Positions 35,032 to 48,189 of a DNA stretch of 64,000 nucleotides are shown here, piece by piece (position 1 is the first letter of the stretch; each line of letters begins with the position of its first letter). The notes under the pieces are model-generated. The model was given only the letters and a program-made list of their open reading frames with translations. It was not told the origin of the DNA and searched no databases. Location of the stretch: NCBI GenBank assembly GCA_043228905.1, contig JBHGNT010000020.1:1-64000 (forward strand). Direction: 5' to 3'. A program made the position numbers and the translations under genes. Origin of the DNA: Azolla caroliniana. Lineage: Eukaryota; Plantae; Polypodiophyta.

Positions 35032-38000
35032 GGTTGAGCAGACAAGATCAACATGATCCAGGTCGACTGAATAAGCCAAGAGCCGGATCGGTGTATAACC
35101 GGTAGGCCGTTAGAGGCATATGATCCTAGCCTAGTACGTAGGCATATTTTTGGGAGTCAGTGTCAGTAGCTCGGTACAAGCATTGAAGTACATGTCAGTA
35201 CTTTTGTCAGTCCTTTAAAGGACTTGTATAAAAGTGCTCACTGAGCACATTGTATGTACAAAGTGTTCATTATTTTGAAATTGTGGTTTTGCTGTCTTGC
35301 TCCCTCTCTGTCTCTCTCTCACTCACACACCTACTTTGTGTATTCCATTCTATGTGTTTTCTGTTGCTATCCTGTTGAGCTAGTTGTGGTCTGTTTAGCT
35401 TCCGCATTATCTTTTACACTTCATTTTTTGACTTACAGTCAATGCTCCTTGTAGAGGAGAACCATTCGGGTGTCTCGATGAGTATGCACACCGACAACAA
35501 GATGTTGTACACAAAGGAAGATAGGCCCCGTGGTCGTGGTGGATGAGGTGGGTCGGCACACAATGGAGGTGGCTGACAAGAGAAAAACCGAAGGCATAAT
35601 TGAAATGCCGACAACAATTACGGACCCTCCGGAAATAGGAAGAGTCAAGGTGGCGTCGGAAATCGACAAACAAAGGTCGAAATGGAATGTTGGTACTGTG
35701 GCCAGAAGGGCCACAAAGAGAGCGAGTGTTGGAAGAAGCACTCCGATTTGGACAAATCTAGATCAAGCCGGGGTGACACCGACAAGCGTCAAAGATCGCA
35801 CTACGCAGAAGGCTCAGGAGGAGCCAGAAATGGATCTGGACCAGCCATTGTGATGAAGCACGAGGCTAATTCAATGAAGACAAGCACCTCGAAACCGAAT
35901 GAGGTATGGTATGTTGATTCTGGAGTGTCGAACAATATGACGAGCCACAAGGAGTGGTTCTCATATTTGGAGAAACTGGAACAACTGGGGGTCGTCGAAA
36001 CTAATGACAACACCCCACATACCATCAAACATGTCAGTGAAGTTCCCTTAAACCACGTTGGACAAAAAGGGACGCTGATGAACATCTTGCATGTCCTGAC
36101 AATCACAAATAATGTAGTGTCGGTTGGACAGATTGTCGACCAAGGGATGCAGGTCCGGTTCACACACCTCGGGTGCTTCATCGAAGAAGAGGGCAAAGTC
36201 CTCACTCAAGGGCGTCAAGAAGGGAGGATGTTTATCCTTGAAACAAATGAAGTTGGAACCACTATGTTTGCGAAAAGGCAAAAGGTTGAGTCGGATATCA
36301 ACATATGGCACAAGAGGTTTGGCCATATCAACTTCCTGTGGTTTCGAGAAATGCAGACGAAGAATATCGTTTTTGAGTTGCCGAATTTTAGTGGTCGAAA
36401 CGGCCAAGTCTGCGAAGCCTACCAACTAGGGAAGCAACATTGACTTCTATTCCCCAACGAGCGAAATCGGAGTCGGAACCGGCTCGATTTAATCCATTCG
36501 GATGTATGGGGACTGGCACAGAACGTGAGCATTGGAGGAAGCTGTTACTTTGTAACCTTCATCGATGACTACACTCGGTACACTTGGGCGTGCTTGATCA
36601 TGAAGAAGAGCAATGTCTTTGCCTGCTTCCTAAAGGTGAAGAGACTTGCCTAACAGGAAACTAGCAGAAAAATCAAGTGCCTAAGGTCTGATGACGCATC
36701 ACTATGCGTACATGACAAAGGTGGCGGAAGTGCATGAGTCGGAGAGCTACGTAGGAGCGGCAAAAGACTCAAACTGGCATGCTACTATGGATGAAGAGAT
36801 GCACCCTCTCGCAAAGAATGAAACATGGGATTTGGTTGAAGTTCCGAAGGGAGTAAAGCCGATAGGATGCCGATGGGTGTACAAAGTCAAGTACAACTCT
36901 GACGACTCTGTCAACCAATACAAGGCCTGGTTAGTGGCCAAGGGCTATACATAGCAACACGACATCTACTATGATGAGACGTTCGCGCCAGTCGCGAAGA
37001 TGACGACCGTTCGTGTCTTGCTAACGGTCACCACGGCAAAGGGGTGGCACTTACATCAAATGGATGTAAAGAATGCGTTCTTGCAAGGTGAGCTTGAGGA
37101 ACAGGTGTAAAGAATGCGCCCCCTAGATTTCAGCTATCCGGTCGGCTTGATTGGTCAATTCATGGTGCATCTGACCATGGAACACCTTCAATGCGCGCAA
37201 CAAATACTTAGGTATGTTAGCAACACTAAGGACATGGGATTGTTCTATCAGACTAGTGTTGCCAAACAGTTGGTCGGCTACATGGATGTCAATTAGGCCA
37301 GAAATGTCGGTGACTACAGGTCTACATCAAGTTATGTGTTTTCACTTGGAAGCGCCGTAGTCGCTTGGAGCAGCAAAAAGCAGGCGATAGTTGCATTGTC
37401 GAGCACAGAGGCCGAGTATCGAGGAGCAATTGTCATGACATGCGAAGCCATATGGCTCAAGAGGCTATTGAAGGATTTGCATATGGAGGTGTTTGATCCG
37501 ACGACGATCTATTGGACAACCTCAACAACATTCAAGTGACGAAGAACCTTGTCTTCCATGTCCAGACCAAGCACATTGAGGTGCAATATCATTTTTCTTG
37601 CGAGCGAGTCCTCCCCGGTGAAGTGGAACTTGTGTATGTTTTGACAGATCGACAAAATGCTGATATCTTCACCAAACCCCTTGGCCTAGACAAGTTGCGG
37701 CAGTTCTTGGGAATGCTTGGGTTGCAACACCTCGACTTGCTGACCTTGAGGGGGAGAGGAGTGGAAGAGAAGAAGAAGAAGTCTGGAAATCTGAATCGGA
37801 TGAAGAATTCGATTTCGGGATAGATGAGAAGCTGAGGATGGATACAGGGGGAGCGACCGAAGGAATGAGCCTAAGCCTAAGCCGACCGGACAAGGAGGAG
37901 GTAAGCCAGGAAGGCTAGGACCAAGACATGGGAAGATGTGGTCAAGGGCTGGAAGGGGGATGAATTAGAGACAACCGATTCAGACAAGAACCAGAACGAA

Positions 38001-38759
38001 TTGGAGATACCCGATTCAGTCGAGGAATTTGATTAGGAAGAGCCAAATCAGTTGAAGGCCAAGTGGACGAAAGGGTAGCCGAAGCTGACATCGACACTGA
38101 CACAGAAGGGCTGACGGGTCGAGGAGCACAAATACTGTGACAACGAGGGAGCTGATATGGGCCAAGGGAGCAGACAAGCCGAGCGAGAAGGTCGAGGTGC
38201 GCAGGACCAGACGGGTCGAGGAGCGCGACCAAGGTGGGAAGATGCCAAGAGGAGGCAGAGGAAAGAACCGGCAAACACTGACACCACGATCCAACCTCAA
38301 GTTGAGCTTGAGAGGGAGTGTTGAGCGGACAAGCTCAACATGATCCGGATCGGTATCTGGAACGATGAGCTAGATCAGTGTCTGGAATGAAGAGCCGGAT
38401 CGGTATCTGCAACTAGGAACCGGATCGGAGAGCCAGCTCGTCGATGTAACCGATAGGCTGTTAGAGGCCTACGATCCTAGCCTAATACATAGGCATATTG
38501 TTAGGAGTTAGTGTCAGTCACTCAATACGAACATTGAAGTACATATCGGCACTCTTGTTAGTTCTTTAAGGACTTGTATAAAAGTGCTCACTGAGCACAT
38601 TGTATGTATAGAGTTTTTTGAAATAGAGTTTACGTTCTCCTCTCTTTGTCTCTCTTGCGTACTATGTATTCTCAACCTTCCATTAAACCATTGTTTCTGT
38701 GTTTCTGTTGCTATCCAGCTGAGCTAGTTGTGTCTACACTTCCGCACGTAACTTTGACA
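35032..38759 (+). mobile_element. Ty1/copia C4 (C1 family), internally deleted
   Basis: LTRs 35032-35418 and 38319-38759; imperfect TSD AGAAC/AAAAC; PBS and 5' gag missing; deletions at ~36690 and ~37110; PPT 38310-38318. Confidence 0.82.
35420..37823 (+). pseudogene. C4 gag-PR-IN-RT-RH fragments
   Basis: CWYCGQKGHKESEC, WYVDSG, WHKRFGH, IGCRWVYKVK, WSSKKQ, ADIFTKPL. Confidence 0.9.
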
Positions 38760-38949
38760 AAAACGATAGGGAACAACCAAGAAAATCTAGTGTTTGGCAA
38801 TCAAGAATGGATCTTAGAGGATTAGAATGTTGCTACAAAGGATCTCTAAGGGATCCAAACATCACTACAATGTATCTCAAAATATCCTAAAAATGTCGCA
38901 AAACCCAATGCATCACATCACATCCAAGCATACAATACAATATCCTCGT

Positions 38950-39469
38950 TTTATATTGCAAGAGTGCAATCTTTTGAAGTAGGGGAGTATGTTATGCACA
39001 CCTAATGTAGATGAGGGTATGTCACTAATATTTACATAACATAGTGAAGGGCATGTTCATTGATGATAGGATGGGACTAATGTGATTGGATAGAAGGAAT
39101 TGTAGGTGCATAAACTATCATGATCTTGACAACCAATGAATGGAGAGTCTTTTAGAAAAGCACATCTATTCAAGGGTCCTAGGAAGCAGTATAAATATGA
39201 GGCTGAGCTACCCTCATAAGACACATTAAGTCGAAAGGTTGATAGCTTGAGACACTGGTGGATGAGCTAGGCTTTTGTCACAACAATCATATTACCTATT
39301 CCAAGGTACCAGTCATTCTAATATTCGTCAATATGGGACATCGAGGGTAGGCTTTGCTATGTTTTGATCATAGATCGAGGGTGGTCAAGAGGGATGGGCT
39401 CTTCTATCCAATCCATTCACCTTTCTTTTACTTTAATTTGGTCTATTGATTAGTAATAGACTCTTAACA
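38950..39469 (+). mobile_element. PPT and 3' LTR (38990-39469) of a G5-related chromovirus
   Basis: TTGCAAGAGTGCAAT..GGGGAGTA|TGTTATG resembles the 3' end of G5; TATAAAT near 39190; end ..CTCTTAACA. Confidence 0.55.
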
Positions 39470-40199
39470 GGGTGGATGTCGTGATGTGGCGAGTCTAAAG
39501 GTAGAAAATAAGAAAAATGGACAACCACAAAAATGTAAATATGTATAAATGAAAAGCATTATATAATGAAGAAAATAAATAGCCAAATAACACGGCTATA
39601 GATTGTGGGGGGAGGGGGTGTAAATTGATCGGTGTGTGAAGCAGTTCGACTTTTGGGGAGAGGAAGGAGTCAACATTTTGGGAAGGTTTTGGAATGTTTT
39701 TTGTAAAAAAAAGGCAACCAAAGATTAAGTAAGAGAGTGGAGGAGGGCTCATTTAGGGGTTCAACTTTTGGGGAGAGGAATGAGTCAACATTTTGGGAAG
39801 GTTTTGGAGGTTGAACAATCTATTTTCTAATTTTTTTAGTGTTTTCTTATTTTCTTCCTCTACCTCTTTTACTTGGGGAGGTTTTGGGACTGAGTGAATG
39901 TTAGACTGGATTTAGAACACCTTTCCTTCTTCATAATCTCTTCTTGGTTAGGACTTTCTTCACCACTGCCAAACCACGTCAAACATTGTTGTGTAAATGC
40001 ATGTGCATGTGCTACTTGAGTAGGACCACGGGGGACCTGAATCTGGGTGAATGTGATGTCATACGAAAAGACCCTTAAAACCCCTATGTAGGTTTCCTTG
40101 TGGATTTTTCCTTTTTATGTAAATAGTGTTCACTAGATCGAGCCGAGAGTGCCTTGGAGTTGTGAACTCCTTGGGATCTAGGTTTCACCAATCGTAGAC

Positions 40200-41611
40200 T
40201 CTGACAAAATCTTCAATAATGGAGCTCCTTCATGTCCTTCATTTTGAATCAGTCGGAGCAGAGCTTCTTGATATGGTTGATATCTACTATGTGCTCTCAT
40301 CCAATGACCAAGTCATCCTAATACAGTATGATAAACAATTGTCCTCTAGAGTTACTCCAGATGAACAGGGAATTGTCAAACTTGAACATTTTGAAGGTGA
40401 TTTGATGAAGATATTGAGTTATCTTCAAATGCCATGCTCTAGGTGATTGCTTGAGGCCATAGAGAGGCCTTTTGAGTCGGAAGGCCGCTTGTGGGTGTGT
40501 GCTCGACTTGAAGCTGGGAGGTTGTGTACCATATACAACTCTTCATCAAATTCGCCTTGAAGAAAGGCGTTCTTTACATCCATTTGATGGAGGTGCCACC
40601 CTTTGGCTGTTGCAAGCGTGATCATGGTTTAAATGGTAATCATCTTTGCCACCAGGTCAAAGGTCTCTTCATAATTGACCATGTGTGTCTGCGTGTATCC
40701 TTTTGCAACTACTTGGGCATTATACCGATTGATGGTGCCATTAGCGTTGTGCTTTGCCTAGTATCCACCGGCAACCAATTGCCTTATGGTGGGGTGAAGA
40801 GGGGACGAGATCCCATGTCTTGTTTTTAGAGAGTGCTTGCATCTCCTCGTTCATCGCTTTGATCCATTGCGGGTCCTTAACTGCTTCAAAAAAACTTTTC
40901 GTTTCTCGAATTGTCGCCACCTTGATCATAAAGGCATAATGATATGCCATGTAGTCGTTGTAGCTGAATCGGCTGATGACGTTCTTCTCTCGGGTGGAGC
41001 GACAAAGTTTTTCATTTGTTGTTGCAATGACTTTCTTCACTCTAGGTGTCCTCATGATGGATACATCTAGTCCACCATACTCAATATCGAGTGAGTACAT
41101 GCCGATTCGTTGTCGTAAGATTGATCATCTTCATATTCGGGTCTTTTGGCTTTTCCTTTGTCCAATCTTGGACTTAGCCGTGACGTGCTTTGATTTCTTG
41201 GAGGGTCATGTGGTCCACTTAATCTGGTCATAATTGGACTTTCTTTTGGTGTGAGCCTCAGGTGATCCTCCTCCTCCGAGTCTATGTCAAGATCGATTGT
41301 GATTGGTTCAAATAGAGTCGGCTCTAGTTTGTACAATGTCTCGACTCACTCGAACTTTTTGGGTAGAAGGGTTATAAGACTTATACCCCTTTTGTTCGAG
41401 CAAGTACCCTATGAGGACACATTTCTACGACTTTGGATCAAGCTTTGATAGCTTTTCATCGGGAATTTGTGCATATGCAACCAAACCAAATATCTTGATG
41501 TGGGATATGTTCGACTTTCTTTCGTGAAAATTCTCATGAGGAGTGACACCATGTACCATGGATGTTGTGCACTGATTCATGAGGTAGACGACTATATTTG
41601 CTGCTTCTGCA
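40200..41611 (-). pseudogene. copia IN/RT fragment (C1/C4-related), highly decayed
   Basis: [34 protein letters not shown]. Confidence 0.85.
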
Positions 41612-44600
41612 TGTTGAAAATGGGTCTCAGACACAATCGAGGTTCAAATTCAAAAGGAGGGAAATAGAAAATCAAAAAATGATTCACTTACATGGGGACA
41701 CAAGATGTTAGCGTGGAAAACCCTAACCGGGTAAAAAACCATGGGAGCCCACAGACTCCGAGGTTCACTATGAGAGGCAATACAATGAGACTCACAGGCA
41801 ACAACTTCGAGATCTTCTTCTTCGCCTACGAGTGGTTACAACAGAGATGCTTCACTTCTCAGTCTCTCTCTCTCTCTCTCTCATAGTTACACAGTCAAAA
41901 CTCTACTATCTTACACATAAAGTTTTGCCCTAGTTAGGACTATTTACAAATCTGTCCTAAATAGGCGCAACAAAACCTATTTACAAATATATCCATTTTT
42001 GGATCCGATGCGGATGCCGATCTGGATCTGGATTTTCCTTTCCTTCGAATACAACTGATTCGGCTTATGCTTTGCTTCCCATCTAGAGGGACTTGTTTTC
42101 CCAACAAACTTCCCCTTCACTCTAGCATGGGGTGATTCATCAATCTGACCCGACTTTGACACTCGTCCAGTTTCTCTGCCGAAAACACCTTCGTTAGATG
42201 TCCGATCCGTTCTTCGCTGTGTGGATCTTCATCATCACAAAATCCTTTTCTTCTACCTGCCCTCAGAGCCAATGGTATCTCCTCTGGATGTGCTTGGTCC
42301 TTGAGCGGTAGGCGACATTCTTCACAAGGTGGATGGCGCTTTGGTTGTCATAGTAGAGTCGGAATTCTTCTTGCCAAATTCCCAACTCTCCGATGAACTC
42401 CTTCATCTAGATTATCTCCTTGCCGGCTTCGACTACTGCCATACTCTCCACTTCCGTGGTCAACAATGCCACAAAATTTTGCAGCCTTGATTGCCACGAG
42501 ATGACTCCCCCTGCATAAGTCATTACATAATCGGATGTAGACTGGTTGGTATCTACATTAGCCGACATGTTCAAGTAAGTGAAACCTTCTAATGTGGGGT
42601 TACCCGAGCTGAATCAGAGGCACACGCTTGAGGAGCTTTTCAGGTACTGGAGTATCCACTTGACCGTTGCCCAACGCTCTTTGCATGGATTGCTCATGAA
42701 TCGGTTGATGACTCCGACTGCATATCCGATGTCCGGCCTAGTACGCACAATTGCGTACATCAGGCTTCCAACCGCTGATGCATAGGGTACCTTCGTCATC
42801 TCATCATTCTCCGACTTTGTCTTTGGACTTTGTCTCCCGGACAGCTTACATGTTGAATCTCTAGAGTACCTTTGTCACTTACTTTTCATGTGACAACCAC
42901 AAAAACTTCTCTGGCATGTCTTGGGCAATGTGCATTCCCAGGATTTGCTTTGCAAGACCCATGTCCTTCATTGTGAATGACTCACTCAAGGCCTTCTTCA
43001 AGCTTCCGATTTTCCTCGGGTCTTGACCGACAATCATCATGTCATCGACATATAGCAGGAGGATGAGGAAGTCTTCTCTGTCATATCTCTTCATAAAAAC
43101 GCAGTGGTTAGTTTGTGTCTTGTGGAGGTTGTGTTCTACCATGAAGGATTCAAACTTTCAGTACCATACTAGGTCCTCCTTTCCTTTCTCCATGAATCCT
43201 TCCGGTTGCTGCATGTATATCTCCCCTCCAAGATCACCGTGCAGAAACGCCGTCTTGACATCCAACTACTCGACCTCAAGGTTCATGCTTGCCACTATGC
43301 TCATCACTATCCAGATGGATGCCATCTTCACTACCGGGACAAATATTTCATCGAGAACCTTTTACCAAAATTCTTATGTTGAGAACCTTTTACAAAAATT
43401 CTGGCTTTATATCTGGGTGGATTCCTACTATCTCCCGGTTTCAACTTGTATACCCACTTGTTACGGAGTGACCTCTTTCCTTTCAGCAACTCCGTCAGTT
43501 CGTATGTGTGGTTCTCATGTAGGGAATCCATCTTGTCCTACATGGCACTAAACCACCTTTGGTTGTGGATGTCCCTCTTTGCTTCCTCGAAGCTTTCTGG
43601 CTCCCCCTAATTGATTAGCAGTACATGTTCTTCATCCGGGAATCTTCGGGGGGATCTTCTCTTTCTTAAGGGATATCTTCTACCACTAGTTAGTGTAGTC
43701 GACTCTTGTTCAACTTCCTCCGCCAGATCTTCGTCCGAGTTTGATTCGGATCCACGTTCGAACGACGGTCTTCTTTCGACCAGTTCCCCTCATTCCTCAG
43801 TCGGCTCTTGACCTTGTTGAATATCTATTTGGCCGACTAGTTCGTATTCAACTCCCGACTGGCTTTCGACCGATTCGACTTCCTGTCTGAATCCGATCGA
43901 CCCCCCTTGTTCTTTAGTCGACGTTCAACTTCTGATTGGTCAGGAGGATATATTCAACTTCTCTTTCTCTCAATCGACAATCATCTTCTCTTCAATAAAG
44001 AATATGTCTCAGCTCCGGATCACTTTCATCTCGGCTAAGTCCCATAGCCGGTAGCCGAATTCATCTTCTCTGTATCCCAGGAAGATACATGGCCTGCTCT
44101 TCGAATCTAATTTTCCTCTCTAGTCCTTAGCAAAGTGTACATATGCTACATAGCTGAACACCCTCAGATGTCGGTACGACACGTCTTTCCCCGTCCACAC
44201 TCTCTATGGGATATCACATAAACAACCGTCTTCAAAGCCTCAACACAATAGGTTTTCGGTAATTTTGCGTGTGCTAGCATTCATCAGACTCTCTCCATCA
44301 CAATCTAGTTCATTCTCTCCGCCATGCCATTTAGCTCCGAGGTCTTCGACATTGTGTATTCCAACCGGATTCCTTGAGACCGGAAGTATTCCTTGAACTG
44401 CCCTTTGTATTCTCCTCCATTGTCCGTCTGTATAGCCTTCAGTTTCTGTCCGGATTCTCCCTCTGCTCTTGCCTATAATTCTTTGAAGACCGACAATACC
44501 TGGTCCTTTGTCTTTAGTGTGGAGACCCACAACTTCTGGTTGTAATCATCTATTAAGGTCACAAAATAGTGTGCGCCAGCATGTGACTTTGCATCCATTT

Positions 44601-45300
44601 GGCATACATCTATATGCACAAGTTCTAGAACACTTTTTCTTCTCATCGGAGGTCTAGGGCGAAAGGTGGCCCTATTTTGTTTTCCGGCGATGCAGTCGGG
44701 GCACTTGTGCAGATGCACTTTCTTCATCTCCGGCATGGTTCTTTTTTTGCTAGCATTTGCATTCCTTTCTGGCTCATGTGACACAACCTCTTGTGCAACA
44801 ACTCTCGGACTGTGTCGACTGCCACATTTACTTGGTCCCGGTTCAGTCATGCATGTAACACATATAGAGTACTTTGCTTTCGGGCACGGGCCATGATTAG
44901 ACTTCCTTGCAAAATTTCTAGGTGTTGTTTTGGAAGATACCACTGTAGCCTTCGTCATCGAGCCGACCGGCTGATATAAGATTCAATCTGATGTTTGGAA
45001 CATGGTGCACATCTTTGAGCACCATTCTACATCTTGTCAATGTCAGCAAATGTACATCTCTGATTCCGACTATTTTGCATGCGTCATCATTTCCCATCTT
45101 CACATATCTGTGATCTCTGGCCTTGTATGATGCAGAGCATCCTTTGTTTGGGGTCAGGTGAAACAATGCACCAAAATCGACCACCCATGCCGATTCTTCG
45201 CCAACGAGGTTGACATTATTTTGTTCACTAATGAACAACAAATCATCTTCACTCGCAACGATTGCTAAGGTGTTCTTTTTGTCTGGGATTTTCTTCGGCT
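41612..45300 (-). mobile_element. Tork-like copia C5, 5'-truncated (3' LTR 41612-42106, PPT 42107-42117)
   Basis: LTR related to C3; PYASAVGSLMY, LLYVDDM, ELVHIDVC, AWVVDFGALFH. Confidence 0.88.
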
Positions 45301-47152
45301 CTACACCAACCAGAACAATCGGGGGTCGTCGAAACTAGTGACAACATCCCACATACCATAGAACATGTCAATGAAGTCCCCTTAAACCATGTCAGACAGA
45401 AGGGGAAGCTGATGAATGTTTTGCACGTCCTAACAATCACAAAGAATTTAGTGTTGGTTGGACATATTGTCGACCAAGGGATGCAGGTCCGGTTCACACA
45501 TCTGAGGTGCTTCATCGAAGAAGAAGAAGGCAAAGTCATTGTACAAGGGCACCGGGAAGGGAGGATGTTTATCCTTGAAACAAATGAAGTTGGGACGACG
45601 ATGTTTGCAAAAGGGCGAAAGGTTGAGTCGGATATCGACTTGTGGCAAAAGCAGTTCGGCTATATCAACTTTTGAAAGCTTCAGGAGATGCAGTCGAAAC
45701 ATGTGGTTGCGGAATGCCGAAGTTTAGTATCCAAAAGGGCCAAATTTGTGAAGCTTGTAAGCTCGGGAAGCAGCATAGGCATCCGTTCCCCAACGAGAAG
45801 AATTGGAGCTGAAACCAGCTCGATCTTATCCATTCGGATGTGTGGGGACTGGCATAGAACATGAGCATTGGAGGAAGACGTTACTTTATAACCTTCATCG
45901 ATGACTACACATGTTCCTAAGGCCCAATGGCAGAAAGGAGTACTTTTCCGATCAGTTCTCGAGTTATCTACAGAAGGAATTCAGCGAGAATTCTCTTGCA
46001 GATACACACCAAACTAGACTGGTGTGGCTGAACGGAAGAATCAGACTCTAGAGGAGGTGGCACTGGCAATGCTAGAAGAAAAGCATATGCCGAAGTTTTA
46101 CTGGGTTGAAGCGGTTCGGACAATCATCTACAAGCAGAATCAGACATCCGCAAATGGAGCAGTGTCACTACATGAGTTGTATTTCGGGAAGAAACCAAAT
46201 CTGGGACACTTGAGGGTGTTCGGCAACATTGCCTATGTGCATGTGCCGAAGGAGAAATGGAGGAAGCTAGGTGCGAAAGCCGAGAAGTGCATTCTCGTCG
46301 GCTACTTGGATGAGCAGAAGGGATATAAGTGTTATAACCCCTGATTGAAAGAGGTCTGAGTAAGCCGATATGTCGTTTTCGACAAGTCGGCTTTGTGGTA
46401 CTTGTCTTTGTCTCCGAACCCCGTGTTGTCCGCCAGAATAGTAACCGACGGACAAAAGCGTAGGAGTAAGAAATTATATAAGAGCATAACGCATGTAACG
46501 GTTCACGCAGGAAGCGTGAACGGCTAATTAGACCCTGCATATATAAAGGGCAGAAAACCTCTGATGGAGGTGCGTGTAATTTTGGGGAATGTAAAGAAAC
46601 GCCTTATAGTAGAATACTATCTTCTCTGATTTTTCTGTGTATAGCTACGGCTAGTTCAGAGTGGGTGTCTTGATTACTTAAGCGTTGTAGTACGTAAGTG
46701 TAATCCTGAATAGGGATTCGGTTGTAGCCGTCTTCCCTTATACGTTGATAGGTTACAGGGGTTCTACCCTTACGCATTACGCTTATACACTTGTTCGTTG
46801 TTCCACACCCACTTGAGGTCTAGGTCGAAGGACTGACCGCGGACCGTGTTCCTAAACGGCAACACTTTTGGCACGCTTGGTGATCTGTGTTTACTCACAA
46901 ACGAGCAACAACGAATGGATGTTTAGCCGCAAAAGACCCATAGAACCAACACGACAAGACTAGCCAATAACAAGGTCCGTCACACGCCAGGCAGAAGAAC
47001 GCGCACAACAAAGGTCGCGCCTTAGCAACCTCAGTACTACCTGCCGTGAGTGCAAAGGGGATTCTTCGCTCCCCAAATACCTCGACGAGACGCAGGGACC
47101 ACGGTCACCACAGCCACCCGGTGGTCTTTCCCGATCCGCCGTAGCTCTCACT

Positions 47153-48115
47153 ATGGCCTTTGCCTACCCCCGATTTAACGGCGAAACCGACGCCGCAACG
47201 CATATTCGCATGTTCCTGAATGTTTGGAATGCGAACCACATGGCGCAGAATCTCTCCAACACGATGGCACACCAATCGAAAATGACGGAGTTCGGATTAA
47301 CACTAGATGGGCGTGCGGCATTTTGGCATTCACAGATGGATTTACCAGCCATAACAACCTTTGATCAGTTGCAGTCTGCTTTCTTGCGATTCTTCCATCG
47401 GAGGGTCCCACAACGCGAGATTCTCGGGCAGTTTTATACAATTAAGCAACTACCGACCGAGATGATAGCGGACTTCAGCTTACGTTTCCAAAATTTACGA
47501 CGGAAACTAGAACGAAGCCCCGCGGAGGAAGAAGCTCAGGAAACATTTATGGCAGCCTTACGTCGGCCCATCCGGGCAACACTCAACAACAATAGCATGA
47601 AAGGGGAAACGACGGATATGGTAATTGAACGAGCGTTGCAACTCGAGTTGGATGACGATGAGGAATGGTTTTCTATGTCCTCCTTACGACAAGCGTTACC
47701 TCAGGATGAGGAACGCCAATTTCGTCAAGCAATCCAGTGCACGATTTGCTTGAACTCGAGGCATTCTGCAGTGGAGTGCAATATGCGAATCCACTGCCTA
47801 ATCTGCCACTCGAAGGCTCACACAGTCGACCAATGTGAGTACAATATGTTAAACAGAGCCACCCCCACAATCCGCAGCATGGACACACAACATCAACCGC
47901 ACCGGGCTGAACAAAGGAGGCAAGAAGACCGATCCCAGTATAAGGATTGCAACCCGCGGGAGGACTGGTACAACTGGAATCGCCGGAATCACAACGATTC
48001 CGAGGAGGATGACCCAGAGGACGAGGATTATCATAGACATCCGAGTTACGCCAAAGGGGGTCTGTGCTACGAGAATCAATGGCCGACAAACAAACGGGAT
48101 GGCTTCAATGGCTAA
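47153..48115 (+). CDS. gag: gag of G3 (ends at a probably premature stop)
   Basis: 320-aa ORF with EFGLTLDGRAAFW and two CCHC knuckles. Confidence 0.85.
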   Translation: MAFAYPRFNGETDAATHIRMFLNVWNANHMAQNLSNTMAHQSKMTEFGLTLDGRAAFWHSQMDLPAITTFDQLQSAFLRFFHRRVPQREILGQFYTIKQLPTEMIADFSLRFQNLRRKLERSPAEEEAQETFMAALRRPIRATLNNNSMKGETTDMVIERALQLELDDDEEWFSMSSLRQALPQDEERQFRQAIQCTICLNSRHSAVECNMRIHCLICHSKAHTVDQCEYNMLNRATPTIRSMDTQHQPHRAEQRRQEDRSQYKDCNPREDWYNWNRRNHNDSEEDDPEDEDYHRHPSYAKGGLCYENQWPTNKRDGFNG

Positions 48116-48189
48116 CGGGGTAAGCCACGACAATACTGGGATCAACGACGTTACGAAGAAAGCTCGGGGGATGAGCGGCACCAGGAACA

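Noticed and set aside
39640-39810. Two-copy ~44-bp direct repeat in an AT-rich stretch
   Set aside because: No termini, TSD or coding context to assign it.
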